32,000 nt of DNA from assembly GCF_000195755.1 (NCBI RefSeq), contig NC_002937.3, positions 3,538,859-3,570,858 on the forward strand, in the 5' to 3' direction. The notes under the pieces were generated by a model, which did not search any database, was not told where the DNA came from, and worked only from the letters and a program-made list of their open reading frames with translations. Below, one piece after another: positions 1-9,619 of the stretch (its first letter is position 1; the number at the start of each line of letters is the position of its first letter). This DNA is from Nitratidesulfovibrio vulgaris str. Hildenborough (GTDB lineage: Bacteria > Desulfobacterota > Desulfovibrionia > Desulfovibrionales > Desulfovibrionaceae). The position numbers and the translations under genes are program-made.

Positions 1-551
1 TCGAGGAAATCGAGTTCGTCGAGGTAGCGGCGTGCCGACTGGGCAGCGCGGTGACGCAGCATGAAATTGCGGGCCATGCGCGGACGGCGCAGGTCGAGGT
101 ACCGCCACGCAAGACGCAGGTTCTCGCTGGCCTCGGTACGGTCTTCGATGAGGAAGGGCGGGGTCTTGGAGGTGTTGAGCAGCTTCCATTCGCTGACAAC
201 CACTTCAATCTCGCCGGTCTTCATGCCCGGGTTGGTCATGCCCTCGGGACGGGGACGAACGCGCCCGCGGATGGCGAGAACGTATTCGCTGCGTACGATG
301 TGGGCGTCCTTGTGGGCCTCGGGCGCGAAGTCGGGGCTGAAGACGACCTGCGTCAGGCCCTTGCGGTCGCGCAGGTCGACGAAGATGAGCCCGCCGTGGT
401 CGCGGCGGTACTGCACCCATCCCATGATGCACACGTCGTTGCCCACGTCTGCGGCGGTGAGTTCACAGCACGAGTGGGTGCGCTGCCAGTCGCCCAGCGG
501 GGCGACGTACTGCTGATGTTCCAGCTGGATGTCGGCAATCTGGTCGCTCAT
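1..551 (-). CDS. aspS: Aspartate--tRNA ligase, N-terminal part (gene continues off the left edge)
   Basis: My own minus-strand translation from ATG 551 gives MSDQIADIQLEHQQYVAPLGDWQRTHSCCELTAADVGNDVCIMGWVQYRRDHGGLIFVDLRDRK...LRHRAAQSARRYLDELDFLE. The GWV..RRDHGGLIFVDLRDR pattern is typical of the AspRS anticodon-binding OB domain. It is missing from the ORF track because it is open at the window edge. Its start lies 18 nt after the hisS stop. Confidence 0.85.
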   Translation of the reverse strand, partial: MSDQIADIQLEHQQYVAPLGDWQRTHSCCELTAADVGNDVCIMGWVQYRRDHGGLIFVDLRDRKGLTQVVFSPDFAPEAHKDAHIVRSEYVLAIRGRVRPRPEGMTNPGMKTGEIEVVVSEWKLLNTSKTPPFLIEDRTEASENLRLAWRYLDLRRPRMARNFMLRHRAAQSARRYLDELDFL

Positions 552-569
552 GACGTATCCTTCGAGGGC

Positions 570-1823
570 TTACGCGCCCGCTGCGAGAAGACGGGCCGCG
601 ACGGCATCGCGCCCGATGGTTTCCTGTTCGCCGGAGTCCATGTCCTTGACCACGACGGTACCTGCGGCGAGTTCATCGCCACCGAGGATGAGACACGCGC
701 GCGCGCCGGACTTTCCGGCGAGGCGCATACGGCTTTTGATGCTGCCCGCGCCGAAGCCGACGCTTCCGGTGAGGCCCTGCGCACGCAGGTCTTCAGCCAG
801 AAGAAGGGCGGCGTCCTGCGCTGCGGGGTCGAGCACCGCCACATGGAAGTGGGGCCGGGGGGCATCTGCACCGGGCATCATGAGCGCAAGACGCTCCATG
901 CCGCAGGCGAAGCCGACACCGGGCACGTCAGGCCCGCCAAGCTGGGAGATGAGACCGTCATACCGACCGCCCCCCGCCACGGAACCCTGCGAACCGATGG
1001 AGTCGGAGACCACCTCGAAGGTGGTGCGGTTGTAGTAGTCCAGCCCGCGCACGAGGCGGTCGTTCAGCACGTAGGGCACGTTGCGGCTGTCGAGGATGCG
1101 CAGCACCGCGTCGAAGTGGGTGCGGCATTCGGGACAGTTGTGTTCGAGGATGGTGGGGGCGTTGGCCGTCAGTTCGCGACAACCGGGCACCTTGCAGTCG
1201 AGCACACGCAACGGGTTGGTCTCCATACGACGGCGGCAGTCCTCGCAGAGGGCCGCATTGTCGATGGAGGCGAGAAAGTCGGAGAGCGCCTTGCGGTAGA
1301 GCGGGCGGCATTCCTTGCAGCCGAGGGAATTGATCTGGAGCGAGAGTCCCGTCAGACCCAGTTCCGTCAGAAAGCGCATGAGCATCAGCACCAGTTCGGC
1401 ATCGGCATGGGGTTCGACAGGGCCGAGCACTTCGCAGTTGATCTGGTGGAACTGGCGCATACGCCCCTTCTGGGGACGTTCGTAGCGGAACATGGGGCCG
1501 GAGGTGAACAGCTTGGAGACGGGCTCCTGCGTGTGCCTGCCGCTTTCGATGTAGGCACGCATGACCCCCGCAGTGGCTTCCGGACGCATGGTCAGCGAAC
1601 GATCCTTGCGGTCGGGGAAGGTGTACATCTCCTTCTGCACCACATCGGTCTCGGTGCCGATGGAACGGCAGAAGAGGTCGGTGCGTTCGAGGATGGGGGT
1701 ACGCAACTCGACAAAGCCGTACCTGCCGAAGACCTGCCGCGCGACAGACTCCATACGCGTGAAGACGTCGCTCTCGGGCGGAAAGAGATCCGCGAAACCC
1801 TTAATCTTGGTGATCTTGCTCAT
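570..1823 (-). CDS. hisS: Histidine--tRNA ligase
   Basis: 417-aa track ORF with N-terminus MSKITKIKGFADLFP. It carries class II HisRS signatures FRYERPQKGRMRQFHQ, GGGRYDGL and GFACGMERL. The tight spacing to aspS suggests a hisS-aspS operon. Confidence 0.95.
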   Translation of the reverse strand: MSKITKIKGFADLFPPESDVFTRMESVARQVFGRYGFVELRTPILERTDLFCRSIGTETDVVQKEMYTFPDRKDRSLTMRPEATAGVMRAYIESGRHTQEPVSKLFTSGPMFRYERPQKGRMRQFHQINCEVLGPVEPHADAELVLMLMRFLTELGLTGLSLQINSLGCKECRPLYRKALSDFLASIDNAALCEDCRRRMETNPLRVLDCKVPGCRELTANAPTILEHNCPECRTHFDAVLRILDSRNVPYVLNDRLVRGLDYYNRTTFEVVSDSIGSQGSVAGGGRYDGLISQLGGPDVPGVGFACGMERLALMMPGADAPRPHFHVAVLDPAAQDAALLLAEDLRAQGLTGSVGFGAGSIKSRMRLAGKSGARACLILGGDELAAGTVVVKDMDSGEQETIGRDAVAARLLAAGA

Positions 1824-1943
1824 GATACGCCGCCAGTCTTCGGAGTGTCGTCCGCACGCGCGAAGGCGCGCACGTCACGAGGCGCGCAAGGTGCGCGAAA
1901 ACGGTAATCTGTAGTCCAAGGCGGACGTGTTGTCAAAAGGCTG

Positions 1944-2732
1944 TCAAGAGGAAAGGTCGCGCCCGTGGCCCGTGCGTCCCACGACCGTGGGGGGGCATAC
2001 ACGCATGGGTGCGGTCTTGCGTGTGGTGAGCAGCAGCGGGGTCACGGGCAACCCGCGCCCGGTGTCGACGCGCAGGGCGAGATACGCCCCGAAGGGGTTG
2101 AGCGCGATGCCACGGTTGCACAGGTTGAACAGGGTGCCTTCGCGCCATGTGCACGAAGGGGCGTGCAGCACGGTGCGCCACGTCACCGCGCAGCCTCCGC
2201 AGCCTTGCCGCACGAGGCGCAGCATCTCGGGCAGCGAACGCCAGCGGGCCTGCCGCAGCCTGCTTGAACTGCCGGGCATCGGCACACCATGCGAAAGATA
2301 GTAGGGCGACCAGCGGTTGAGCACGGCGACAAGCACCCCACGCGCGGCGACGCGGAATGCCTCGGCCAGCACGGCTGCGGCATCATCGACGAATTCGAGC
2401 ACGTTGAGCAGCGTCACATAGTCGAACGCATTGTCCTCGAAGGGAAGATGGTCGCCCACGCCAAGGTGGAAGTCGGCGCGCGGCCCGAGGCGCGACCGTG
2501 CCGCGGCCAGCATGTCGGGGCTGGCGTCGAGGCCCGTCACGTCGAAGCCGCTTTCCCAGAAGTACTCGAGAAAGATGCCGGGGCCGCAGCCCACATCGAG
2601 CAGCGAATGCCCGCGGCGCGGCCATCCCGAGACGAGATGCTGCAAGAGACGGCGCTCATGCCGTAGCGCGAAGGCACCGGCAGGGGTGTCGGCCCAGTCG
2701 AGGAAGCTTTTCACGTCTTCGGCGTTCCACAT
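1944..2732 (-). CDS. Class I SAM-dependent methyltransferase (substrate unknown)
   Basis: 262-aa ORF with SAM-binding motif I LLDVGCGPGIF and a Methyltransf_11-like layout (DVTGLDASPDML...FDYVTLLNVLEFV). An AAGGTGA Shine-Dalgarno lies about 10 nt upstream of ATG 2732. Confidence 0.8.
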   Translation of the reverse strand: MWNAEDVKSFLDWADTPAGAFALRHERRLLQHLVSGWPRRGHSLLDVGCGPGIFLEYFWESGFDVTGLDASPDMLAAARSRLGPRADFHLGVGDHLPFEDNAFDYVTLLNVLEFVDDAAAVLAEAFRVAARGVLVAVLNRWSPYYLSHGVPMPGSSSRLRQARWRSLPEMLRLVRQGCGGCAVTWRTVLHAPSCTWREGTLFNLCNRGIALNPFGAYLALRVDTGRGLPVTPLLLTTRKTAPMRVCPPTVVGRTGHGRDLSS

Positions 2733-3172
2733 GGCGGAGTGTCACCTTGTTGGCGTGCAGAAAGGGCGGGAATGCGATTGCAGCATGGGTCTGACAGGAC
2801 ACCAGCACGGTTTCAGCCCGAAGGGCCGCCAGAGATGACCGTCAGCCGCTGGCCCCGGGGCAGGGCCAGCCAGTTACGGGATGAACATACCCCAAAGCCA
2901 CGACGTCGCAAAGGGGAGGCGGCATGCCACGCCACAGGGGGTGCAGGGCCACCCCGCCCCGGTATCATGGCCCAGCCTTGCACGGAGTCCTGCCCCACGG
3001 CGGGCATGACCAGAGGGACGCGTCGACCGGGAAGGAGGGTCACACGACGCGAAGACCGGGCATGTGCTGCCATGGACCGGCACGACCTCGTACTGGGGCT
3101 GCCTGTCGGCGTCACAATGGGGACGTCGACCGATGCAGAGGCACTGCAAGGCTACCCGGCCGCGACCTGTGG

Positions 3173-3212
3173 CCTCAGGGCCCGCCCCGCGGATGGGGGA
3201 CGGGCCCTGAGG
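3173..3212 (-). terminator. GC-rich hairpin downstream of metE (candidate terminator or 3' stabiliser)
   Basis: Perfect 12-bp inverted repeat CCTCAGGGCCCG / CGGGCCCTGAGG (3173-3184 / 3201-3212) with an inner CCCC..GGGG extension. It begins 27 nt past the metE stop. There is no U-tract, so it is not a canonical intrinsic terminator. Confidence 0.4.
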
Positions 3213-3238
3213 CGCAAGATGAGGGAGAGAGGGACTGG

Positions 3239-5596
3239 CTAGGCGTCCAGCCTAGCCCTGACCCTGCGTGCGGCCTCGACCATGTTGGCGAGGGCGGCCC
3301 GCGTCTCGGGCCATTCGCGGGTCTTGAGGCCGCAGTCGGGGTTGACCCACAGGCGGTCTACGGGCAGCACCGCCGCCGCACGCAGCAACAGGGCTTCCAT
3401 CTCGTCCACGGAGGGCACGCGCGGGCTATGGATGTCATAGACCCCCGGCCCCACTTCGTTGGGGTAGCCATGCGTGGCGAAGACATCCAGCAACTCCATG
3501 CGGCTGCGGCTGGCTTCAAGGCTGATCACATCGGCATCCATGCCGGCGATGCGGTCGATGATGTCATGGAAGTCGCAGTAGCACATGTGGGTGTGCAGTT
3601 GCGTCGCATCCGCCACGCCCGAGGTCGCAAGCCGGAAGGCACGCACCGCCGCATCGAGATACGCCTCCTGCGCGGCACGGCGCAGGGGCAGCCCCTCGCG
3701 CAAGGCGGGTTCGTCGACCTGCACCACGGCAAGCCCCGCCGATTCGAGGTCGGCCACCTCGTCGCGCAGGGCAAGCGCAAGCTGGCGCAAGACCGTCTCT
3801 CGCGAAATATCGTCCCGCACGAAACTCCAGCAGGCGATGGTCACGGGCCCGGTCAGCATGGCCTTCATGGGACGGGCGGTGAGTGAACGGGCGTAGGCAC
3901 TCCACGCAACGGTCATGGGTTCGGGACGCGACACGTCGCCATAGAGCAGGGGCGGCTTCACGCAACGCGTGCCATAGCTTTGCACCCAGCCGTCGGAGGT
4001 GATGCAGAAGCCTTGCAGCAAGCCGCCGAAGTACTCGACCATGTCGTTACGTTCAGGCTCGCCGTGGACGAGCACGTCGAGGCCCAGAGCCTCCTGCTCA
4101 CGCACCATCATGGCGAGGGCGTCGCGCATGGCGGCTTCATAGGCGTCCTGCGTGAGGCTGCCATCACGCAGGGCGCGACGTGCGGCGCGGATGTCCGGTG
4201 TCTGGGGGAATGAACCGATGGTGGTGGTGGGCAGGGTGGGCAGATGCAATGCCGCCCGCTGGGCCACGATGCGTTCCGCATAGGGCGAGGTACGGTGCTC
4301 CATGTCGGACGTCACTGCGGCAAGCCGCGAGGCCACCGCCGGGTCGTGGATGCGCGGACTGACGGCCCGCTGACGGCGCACCTCGCGGTTGGCTTCCAGC
4401 GAGGCCGCGGTCGAAGGGCCGTAGACGCCTCGTACAACTTCGGCGACAAGGCGCACTTCGGCGCACTTCTGACGTGCGAAGGCCAGCCATCGCGCCACTT
4501 CGGGGTCGAGTTCGCGCTCCGAACCGAGGTCGACAGGGCAATGCAACAGCGAACACGAGGGGGCCACCCACACCCGGTCTTCACCCAGACTGTCGGCAGC
4601 GCGACGGACAAGGTTCACGGCCGCATCGATGTCGGCGCACCAGACATTGCGCCCGTCGACCACCCCCAGAGAGAGGGCCAACCCCGGCGTGCCCTCACCG
4701 GCGCCCAGCACCTGAAGGGCGGCGTCGAGGTCGTCACGTCCACGGACAAGGTCGAGATGCAGCACATCCACAGGCAGGTTCAGTGCCACCGGGAGGTTGT
4801 CGGCGCAGGGCGCGAAGTAGCTGGCCACCATCAGCGTCGCATCGGGTACGGCGGCCCGAAGCCGCGTGTACACCGCCGGAAAGAGGTCGCGCACGGTCTG
4901 CGGCAGGTCGAGTGCCAGCACAGGTTCATCAAGCTGCACCATCAAGCCTCCAGACGAGTAGCCACGCGGGCACGCGGGGGGGCATGCGGAAGTGAGCTCA
5001 CGAAGGAGCGTCGCGTAGGCGTCGCACAGGGCGGGCAAGAGGGCGAAACGGTCTGAACCGTCGACACTGCGCGCCAGCCACAGCCATGTCAGCGGGCCGG
5101 GAAGGACGGCCTTGGGGGTGAACCCGGCATCCTGCGCCTCGCGCAGCTGCGCCACGAGAGGGGAGGCATCCGGGGCGAAGGCGGTGTCGGCGTCAAGTTC
5201 AGGGACAAGGTAGTGGTAGTTGGTGTCGAACCACTTGGTCATCTCAAGGGGCGCGACGGGCGACAGACCAGCTTCGCCACGCGCCATGCGGAACATGAGG
5301 TCGATGTCCTGCCCTGTACCTGCTGGCGACGCAGCAGCACCGGACGGACTGAACCGTGGCGGTATGGCGCCCAGCATCAGGGTCAGGTCGAGCATGTGGT
5401 CGTACAGGGCGAAATCGCCCACGGGCACCACGTCGATACCCGCATCACGCTGCATGGCCCAGTGGCAGGCCCTGAGGCGGGCCGCCTCTCCTTCGAGTGC
5501 GTGCCGCGAGACGCGGCCTTTCCAGTAGCCTTCGACAGCCTTCTTGAGTTCTCTGCCCGCGCCGATGCGCGGGAAACCGAGGTTGTGGGTTCGCAT
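3239..5596 (-). CDS. metE: Cobalamin-independent methionine synthase (5-methyltetrahydropteroyltriglutamate--homocysteine methyltransferase)
   Basis: Track ORF 3239..5911 trimmed to ATG 5596, which has GGAGG 5 nt upstream. The product starts MRTHNLGFPRIGAGRELKKAVEGYWKG, a canonical MetE N-terminus. The C-terminal catalytic domain has HTHMCYCDF and NPDCGLKTR zinc-site motifs. The 105-codon upstream extension overlaps the riboswitch and looks non-coding. Confidence 0.95.
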   Translation of the reverse strand: MRTHNLGFPRIGAGRELKKAVEGYWKGRVSRHALEGEAARLRACHWAMQRDAGIDVVPVGDFALYDHMLDLTLMLGAIPPRFSPSGAAASPAGTGQDIDLMFRMARGEAGLSPVAPLEMTKWFDTNYHYLVPELDADTAFAPDASPLVAQLREAQDAGFTPKAVLPGPLTWLWLARSVDGSDRFALLPALCDAYATLLRELTSACPPACPRGYSSGGLMVQLDEPVLALDLPQTVRDLFPAVYTRLRAAVPDATLMVASYFAPCADNLPVALNLPVDVLHLDLVRGRDDLDAALQVLGAGEGTPGLALSLGVVDGRNVWCADIDAAVNLVRRAADSLGEDRVWVAPSCSLLHCPVDLGSERELDPEVARWLAFARQKCAEVRLVAEVVRGVYGPSTAASLEANREVRRQRAVSPRIHDPAVASRLAAVTSDMEHRTSPYAERIVAQRAALHLPTLPTTTIGSFPQTPDIRAARRALRDGSLTQDAYEAAMRDALAMMVREQEALGLDVLVHGEPERNDMVEYFGGLLQGFCITSDGWVQSYGTRCVKPPLLYGDVSRPEPMTVAWSAYARSLTARPMKAMLTGPVTIACWSFVRDDISRETVLRQLALALRDEVADLESAGLAVVQVDEPALREGLPLRRAAQEAYLDAAVRAFRLATSGVADATQLHTHMCYCDFHDIIDRIAGMDADVISLEASRSRMELLDVFATHGYPNEVGPGVYDIHSPRVPSVDEMEALLLRAAAVLPVDRLWVNPDCGLKTREWPETRAALANMVEAARRVRARLDA

Positions 5597-5774
5597 TGCC
5601 ACCTCCGGGAATGCGTAAGGGGGTGCCCGCATGACGGGCGTCGCACCGTTGCGCCATGCGCATGGGTGCTGCGTGCCGGGGTCCGGTTCGCGCGGCCTCA
5701 ACAAGGGTGGGGGACGTCTTCCGACTGACGGGCGAAGAGATGATGCCGAGCGGTCGCACCATGCGAAATTGAAG

Positions 5775-5910
5775 CCCACTCGACAGGGCGGCCCTTCCCG
5801 GTGCCTTGGCACCAGTGGACGCAGCCCTTGCAGCCCGATCACGGCAGCGCGCCTGTACCGGATTCGCACCGGTTTCCGTTTCCTGCCCACCGGAGCGCCG
5901 AAGCACTCCA
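5775..5910 (-). promoter_or_regulatory. Cobalamin (B12) riboswitch in the metE leader
   Basis: The minus-strand RNA reads GGAGUGCUUCGGCGCUCC-GGUGGGCAGGAAACGGAAACCGGUGCGAAUCCGGUACAGGCGCGCUGCCGUGA...GCUGCGUCCACUGGUGCCAAGGCACCGGGAAGGGCCGCCC. The GGUGCGAAUCCGG core, the CUGCCGUGA strand and the B12-box-like GUCCACUGG...CGGGAAGG all match the conserved cobalamin aptamer as I remember it. About 180 nt of expression platform follow before the metE SD. Confidence 0.85.
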
Positions 5911-5912
5911 TA

Positions 5913-5953
5913 TTGATACATCAGGAAATACTGATATCAATATATCCTGTCAA
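5913..5953 (-). promoter_or_regulatory. Candidate sigma-70 promoter for the riboswitch-metE transcript
   Basis: AT-rich patch just 5' of the riboswitch. The minus strand has TTGATA (5940..5935), a 16-nt spacer and TATCAA (5918..5913). An alternative perfect TTGACA lies at 5953..5948. The region also forms an imperfect palindrome TATTGATA...TATCAATA. Confidence 0.4.
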
Positions 5954-6068
5954 CCAGATATAACAAGTGTGCTGCGGCGTCCTGCCCCCCGCCTTGACCA
6001 GCCGTCGTGCACCTCTTGGACCTACCGCGCCGCAACCCGCGGTCACGTCCATGCCGTTGCCACATGAC

Positions 6069-6104
6069 GCAAAAGGCCCGCCCCGCGTAGGCGGGACGGG
6101 CCTT
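6069..6104 (-). terminator. Rho-independent terminator of ilvD
   Basis: The minus strand reads AAGGCCCGTCCCGC-CTAC-GCGGGGCGGGCCTT followed by TTTTGCG. It starts 29 nt after the ilvD stop. Confidence 0.7.
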
Positions 6105-6132
6105 GAAGACCGATGAAGGCAGGAATGCGCGA

Positions 6133-7797
6133 CTAGCGCTGACGCGCACCCGTGGCGGCAGACGACACCATGCGGGCATAACGGCGCAGCAGCGGCGAGG
6201 TGATTTCCTTTTCGACGGGCACGAAGGCGGCCCTGCGGCGGGCAAGTTCATCCTCGTCCACCAGCAGGTCGAGGGCGCGCGCGGGGATGTCGATGCGGAT
6301 GCGGTCGCCCTCCTGCACAAGGCCGATGGGCCCGCCTTCGGCGGCTTCAGGCGAGACATGGCCGATGGCTGCGCCACGGGTGCCGCCGCTGAAGCGCCCG
6401 TCGGTGATGAGCGCCACATCCGCCCCGAGGCCCATGCCTGCGATGGCCGAGGTGGGAGTGAGCATCTCGCGCATGCCGGGGCCGCCCTTGGGGCCTTCGT
6501 AGCGGATGACTATGGCGTCTCCGGCCTTGATACGCCCTCCCATGATAGCCTCACAGGCGGCCTCTTCGCTATCAAAGACGCGCGCCACGGCCTCGCGCAC
6601 CATCATCTCGGGTGCCACGGCAGACTGCTTGACCACCGCACCACCGGGCGCAAGCGACCCCTTGAGAATGGCGATGCCGCCCTGCGGCGAATACGGGGCG
6701 TCGACAGGACGGATGACATCGGCGTCACGCACCTTGGCCCCCAGTGCATCGAGATTCTCGCCCACGGTGCGCCCGGTCACGGTCATGGCACTGCGGTCGA
6801 TGAGCCCTATCCTGTCGAGTTCGGCCATGACCGCGGGAATGCCCCCTGCGGCATGGAGGTCCTGAATATGATGATGCCCGGCGGGCGAGAGTTTGCAGAG
6901 GTTGGGCGTCTTGCGGCTGACCTTGTCGAAGATGTCGAGGGTGAGGTCGAGTCCCGCCTCTGCGAAGACGGCGGGCAGGTGCAACACGGTATTGGTGGAA
7001 CAGCCAAGGGCCATGTCCACGGCCACCGCGTTGGCCACGGCCTTCTCGGTGACGATGTCGCGCGGGCGGATATTGCGTTCCAGCATCTCCATCACCTTCA
7101 TGCCCGCATGCTTGGCAAGGCGGATGCGCGCGGCGGTGACGGCGGGGGTCGTGCCGTTGCCCGGCAGGGCAAGGCCGATGGTCTCGGCAAGACAGTTCAT
7201 GGAGTTGGCGGTGAACATGCCCGCGCACGAACCGCAGCCGGGGCATGCGCCCTCGACCAGTTCATCGAGTTCGGCCTCGGTCATGTCGCCGCGCTGGACG
7301 CGTCCCACGCCTTCGAAGACGGTGATGAGGTCGGCACGACCGGCAAGGGTGGCACCGGCAAGCATGGGGCCGCCGCTGACCATGACCGAAGGTACGTCAA
7401 GGCGCAGCATGGCCATGAGCATGCCGGGTACGGACTTGTCACAGTTGGGGATGAACACCAGCGCGTCGAAGGGGTGCGCGGTGGCCATGATTTCGATGGA
7501 GTCGGCGATGAGTTCGCGCGAGGGCAGCGAAAAGCGCATCCCCTCGTGGTTCATGGCAAGGCCGTCGCACACCGCGATGGCGGGAAACTCGAGCGGGGTG
7601 CCCCCGGCGGCGCGGACTCCGGCCTTGACCGCCTCGGCGATGTCGTCGAGGTGGATATGCCCCGGTACGACCTCGTTGGCGGCGTTGACCACGCCGACCA
7701 GCGGGCGGGCCAGTTCTTCGCGGGTCAGCCCGAGGGCGTGGAGGAGAGAGCGGTGAGGGGCCTTTTCCAGCCCGTGGGTCATCTTCTTGCTGCGCAT
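6133..7797 (-). CDS. ilvD: Dihydroxy-acid dehydratase
   Basis: Track ORF starts at GTG 7809. I prefer ATG 7797 ([19 protein letters not shown], typical IlvD N-terminus) with GAGG 4 nt upstream. IlvD/Edd motifs [10 protein letters not shown] and [10 protein letters not shown] are present. Confidence 0.95.
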   Translation of the reverse strand: MRSKKMTHGLEKAPHRSLLHALGLTREELARPLVGVVNAANEVVPGHIHLDDIAEAVKAGVRAAGGTPLEFPAIAVCDGLAMNHEGMRFSLPSRELIADSIEIMATAHPFDALVFIPNCDKSVPGMLMAMLRLDVPSVMVSGGPMLAGATLAGRADLITVFEGVGRVQRGDMTEAELDELVEGACPGCGSCAGMFTANSMNCLAETIGLALPGNGTTPAVTAARIRLAKHAGMKVMEMLERNIRPRDIVTEKAVANAVAVDMALGCSTNTVLHLPAVFAEAGLDLTLDIFDKVSRKTPNLCKLSPAGHHHIQDLHAAGGIPAVMAELDRIGLIDRSAMTVTGRTVGENLDALGAKVRDADVIRPVDAPYSPQGGIAILKGSLAPGGAVVKQSAVAPEMMVREAVARVFDSEEAACEAIMGGRIKAGDAIVIRYEGPKGGPGMREMLTPTSAIAGMGLGADVALITDGRFSGGTRGAAIGHVSPEAAEGGPIGLVQEGDRIRIDIPARALDLLVDEDELARRRAAFVPVEKEITSPLLRRYARMVSSAATGARQR

Positions 7798-7828
7798 ATA
7801 GCCTCGCACGGGAATGACGCCGAAGGCG

Positions 7829-8707
7829 TCAGTTGCGGTCGCGGACGGCCATCCAGCCGCCCGTCAAACCCATGAGAACCGGAACGGCCACTAACAGAAC
7901 CGCCTGTTCTGGCGGCGGGAAATGCAACTCCATGAGGAGCGGGGGAACGGCGAAGAACGGCCCTACGAAACGGTAGACGAGATGCAGCAGCGCAAGGGCC
8001 GCGCCGCCGCCCACAAGGCCCAGCATCGCGCCGCCCACAAGCAGGGGCAGCCGTATGTACCAGTTGCGTGCGCCCACCAGCTTGAGAATCTCTATCTCGT
8101 CGCGCCGGTGCTCCAGCGTGAGGCGCACCGAACTCGCCGAGACGAGGGCCAGCACCAGCGTGAGAAAGGCGACGCTAGGCCACACCACGAAGGCGCTCAC
8201 ACCGCGCCACATGCGACCGAACTCGTCCTTGAGCGGCGTGGAGGTCACGCGCTCGACACCGGGGAGGTTCTTGAGGAAGGACTGCGTCTCGCGCGCCCAG
8301 CGGCCCGCGTCGACCTCACGCGGCGAGAACACCAGCAACGCCGTGGGTGGCAGGGGGTTCACGCCGCCGGAGGGCAGGGCGTCCGCCCCGCCGAGGCGTT
8401 TCGCAAGAGCGGCGAGCGCGTCATCGGGCGTCCATGTCTCCGCACGGGTCAGCCACGGCATGCGCCGCACCTCGTCCCATTGCGGGCGCACCTGTTCCAG
8501 CGGCGTACCGGGACGCCAGTACACCTGCCACACGGTCTCGCCACGGGAGACGCGGAATTCGGCGTCCACGGTGGTCAGGGCCATGAGAAAGACACCGCCG
8601 AGGAACACCGCCAGCGTCACGGCGGCAAGGCCCAGCGTGTGCGCCAGCGGGTGCAGGGCCATATCGCCCACCCCCCGCGCGATGAGCCGCAGTACCGTGC
8701 GCATCAC
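7829..8707 (-). CDS. ftsX: Cell-division ABC transporter permease FtsX
   Basis: 292-aa ORF with four predicted TM segments and a large first periplasmic loop. It has the NPLP motif and the [10 protein letters not shown] signature. Its start overlaps the ftsE stop (GTGATG; GTG 8707 or ATG 8704). Confidence 0.85.
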   Translation of the reverse strand: MMRTVLRLIARGVGDMALHPLAHTLGLAAVTLAVFLGGVFLMALTTVDAEFRVSRGETVWQVYWRPGTPLEQVRPQWDEVRRMPWLTRAETWTPDDALAALAKRLGGADALPSGGVNPLPPTALLVFSPREVDAGRWARETQSFLKNLPGVERVTSTPLKDEFGRMWRGVSAFVVWPSVAFLTLVLALVSASSVRLTLEHRRDEIEILKLVGARNWYIRLPLLVGGAMLGLVGGGAALALLHLVYRFVGPFFAVPPLLMELHFPPPEQAVLLVAVPVLMGLTGGWMAVRDRN

Positions 8708-9420
8708 GGGCCCTCCAGCAGGTCGCAGGCGTCAGCCCGACATGACAGACGCGCCCCCGGCCAGTTGGCATGGGTGATCATGCCGTCATCAAGGTGTATG
8801 AGGCGCGCCGCGGGATTGCGCCTGATGAGTTCGGGGTTGTGCGTGGCCAGCACCACAGTCGTCCCGTAGGCGTTGAACTGCATGAACACGTCCATGAGGC
8901 GCAGCGAGAGGTCGGGGTCGAGGTTGCCCGTGGGTTCGTCGGCAAGCAGCACCTGCGGATTCACGACGATGGCGCGGGCCACGGCCACGCGCTGCTGTTC
9001 ACCCCCCGAAAGCTCACCGGCGGGAGTGTCGAGGCGGTGCTCAAGCCCCAGGGCGCGGGCCACGGCGCGTACGCGCCGCCCGGAAGCACGGGCGTCGAGC
9101 CCGCGCACCTCCAGCGGCAGGGCGATGTTGGCGAAGGCCGTTCGCGCAGGCAGGATGCGAAAATCCTGAAAGACCACCGAAACATGGCGTCGCAGGGCGG
9201 GAAGGTCGTGTGAACGCAGACGGGCGAGGTCGAACCCCGCCACCTGCGCCTGCCCGCGTTGCAAGGGCAGCGCGCCGTGCAGAAGACGCAACAGGGTGGT
9301 CTTGCCTGCCCCGGAAGGGCCGGAAAGAAAGAGGAAACCGCCCTTCTCGAGCGTGAAGGAGCAGTCCTTCAGCGCCCAGTGCGAGCCGTAGTTATGCGAA
9401 AGGTGCCTGATGTCGAGCAT
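8704..9420 (-). CDS. ftsE: Cell-division ABC transporter ATPase FtsE
   Basis: 238-aa ORF with Walker A GPSGAGKTTLL, ABC signature LSGGEQQRVAVARA and Walker B LLADEPTGNLD. It is translationally coupled to ftsX. Confidence 0.9.
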   Translation of the reverse strand: MLDIRHLSHNYGSHWALKDCSFTLEKGGFLFLSGPSGAGKTTLLRLLHGALPLQRGQAQVAGFDLARLRSHDLPALRRHVSVVFQDFRILPARTAFANIALPLEVRGLDARASGRRVRAVARALGLEHRLDTPAGELSGGEQQRVAVARAIVVNPQVLLADEPTGNLDPDLSLRLMDVFMQFNAYGTTVVLATHNPELIRRNPAARLIHLDDGMITHANWPGARLSCRADACDLLEGP

Positions 9421-9619
9421 GACGGCACATCAAACCAGAGCACGGCGGGCATGGCAAGAGGCGTGTGCAGGGAGAATGCAATCACCCCGTCCGGGATGGC
9501 ATGGAAGCGTGCCACACGGCCGGTCAGGCGACGGAACGTTCATCATGTCCGGGACTCCGTACGTGCGGGCATCTGGCACACCGTCCCGTGACCGCGTCCA
9601 TGGCATCGACGTCGGCGTA

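Noticed and set aside
51-1907. 618-aa plus-strand ORF
   Set aside because: It is antisense to aspS and hisS, both of which have unmistakable synthetase motifs. Its composition is Ala/Gly/Arg/Val-rich, with no motif and no RBS. This is the typical stop-free antisense frame of GC3-rich genes.
5597-5911. 105-codon N-terminal extension of metE in the track ORF
   Set aside because: It overlaps the cobalamin riboswitch. The canonical MetE N-terminus MRTHNLGFPRIG starts at 5596 with a GGAGG RBS.
6103-7875. 590-aa plus-strand ORF
   Set aside because: It is antisense to ilvD, with the same compositional artefact and no recognisable domain.
9574-9589. TGGCAC hexamer resembling a sigma-54 -24 element upstream of ftsE
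   Set aside because: It is on the plus strand with no downstream plus-strand gene. The -12 position lacks the GC dinucleotide at N10 spacing.
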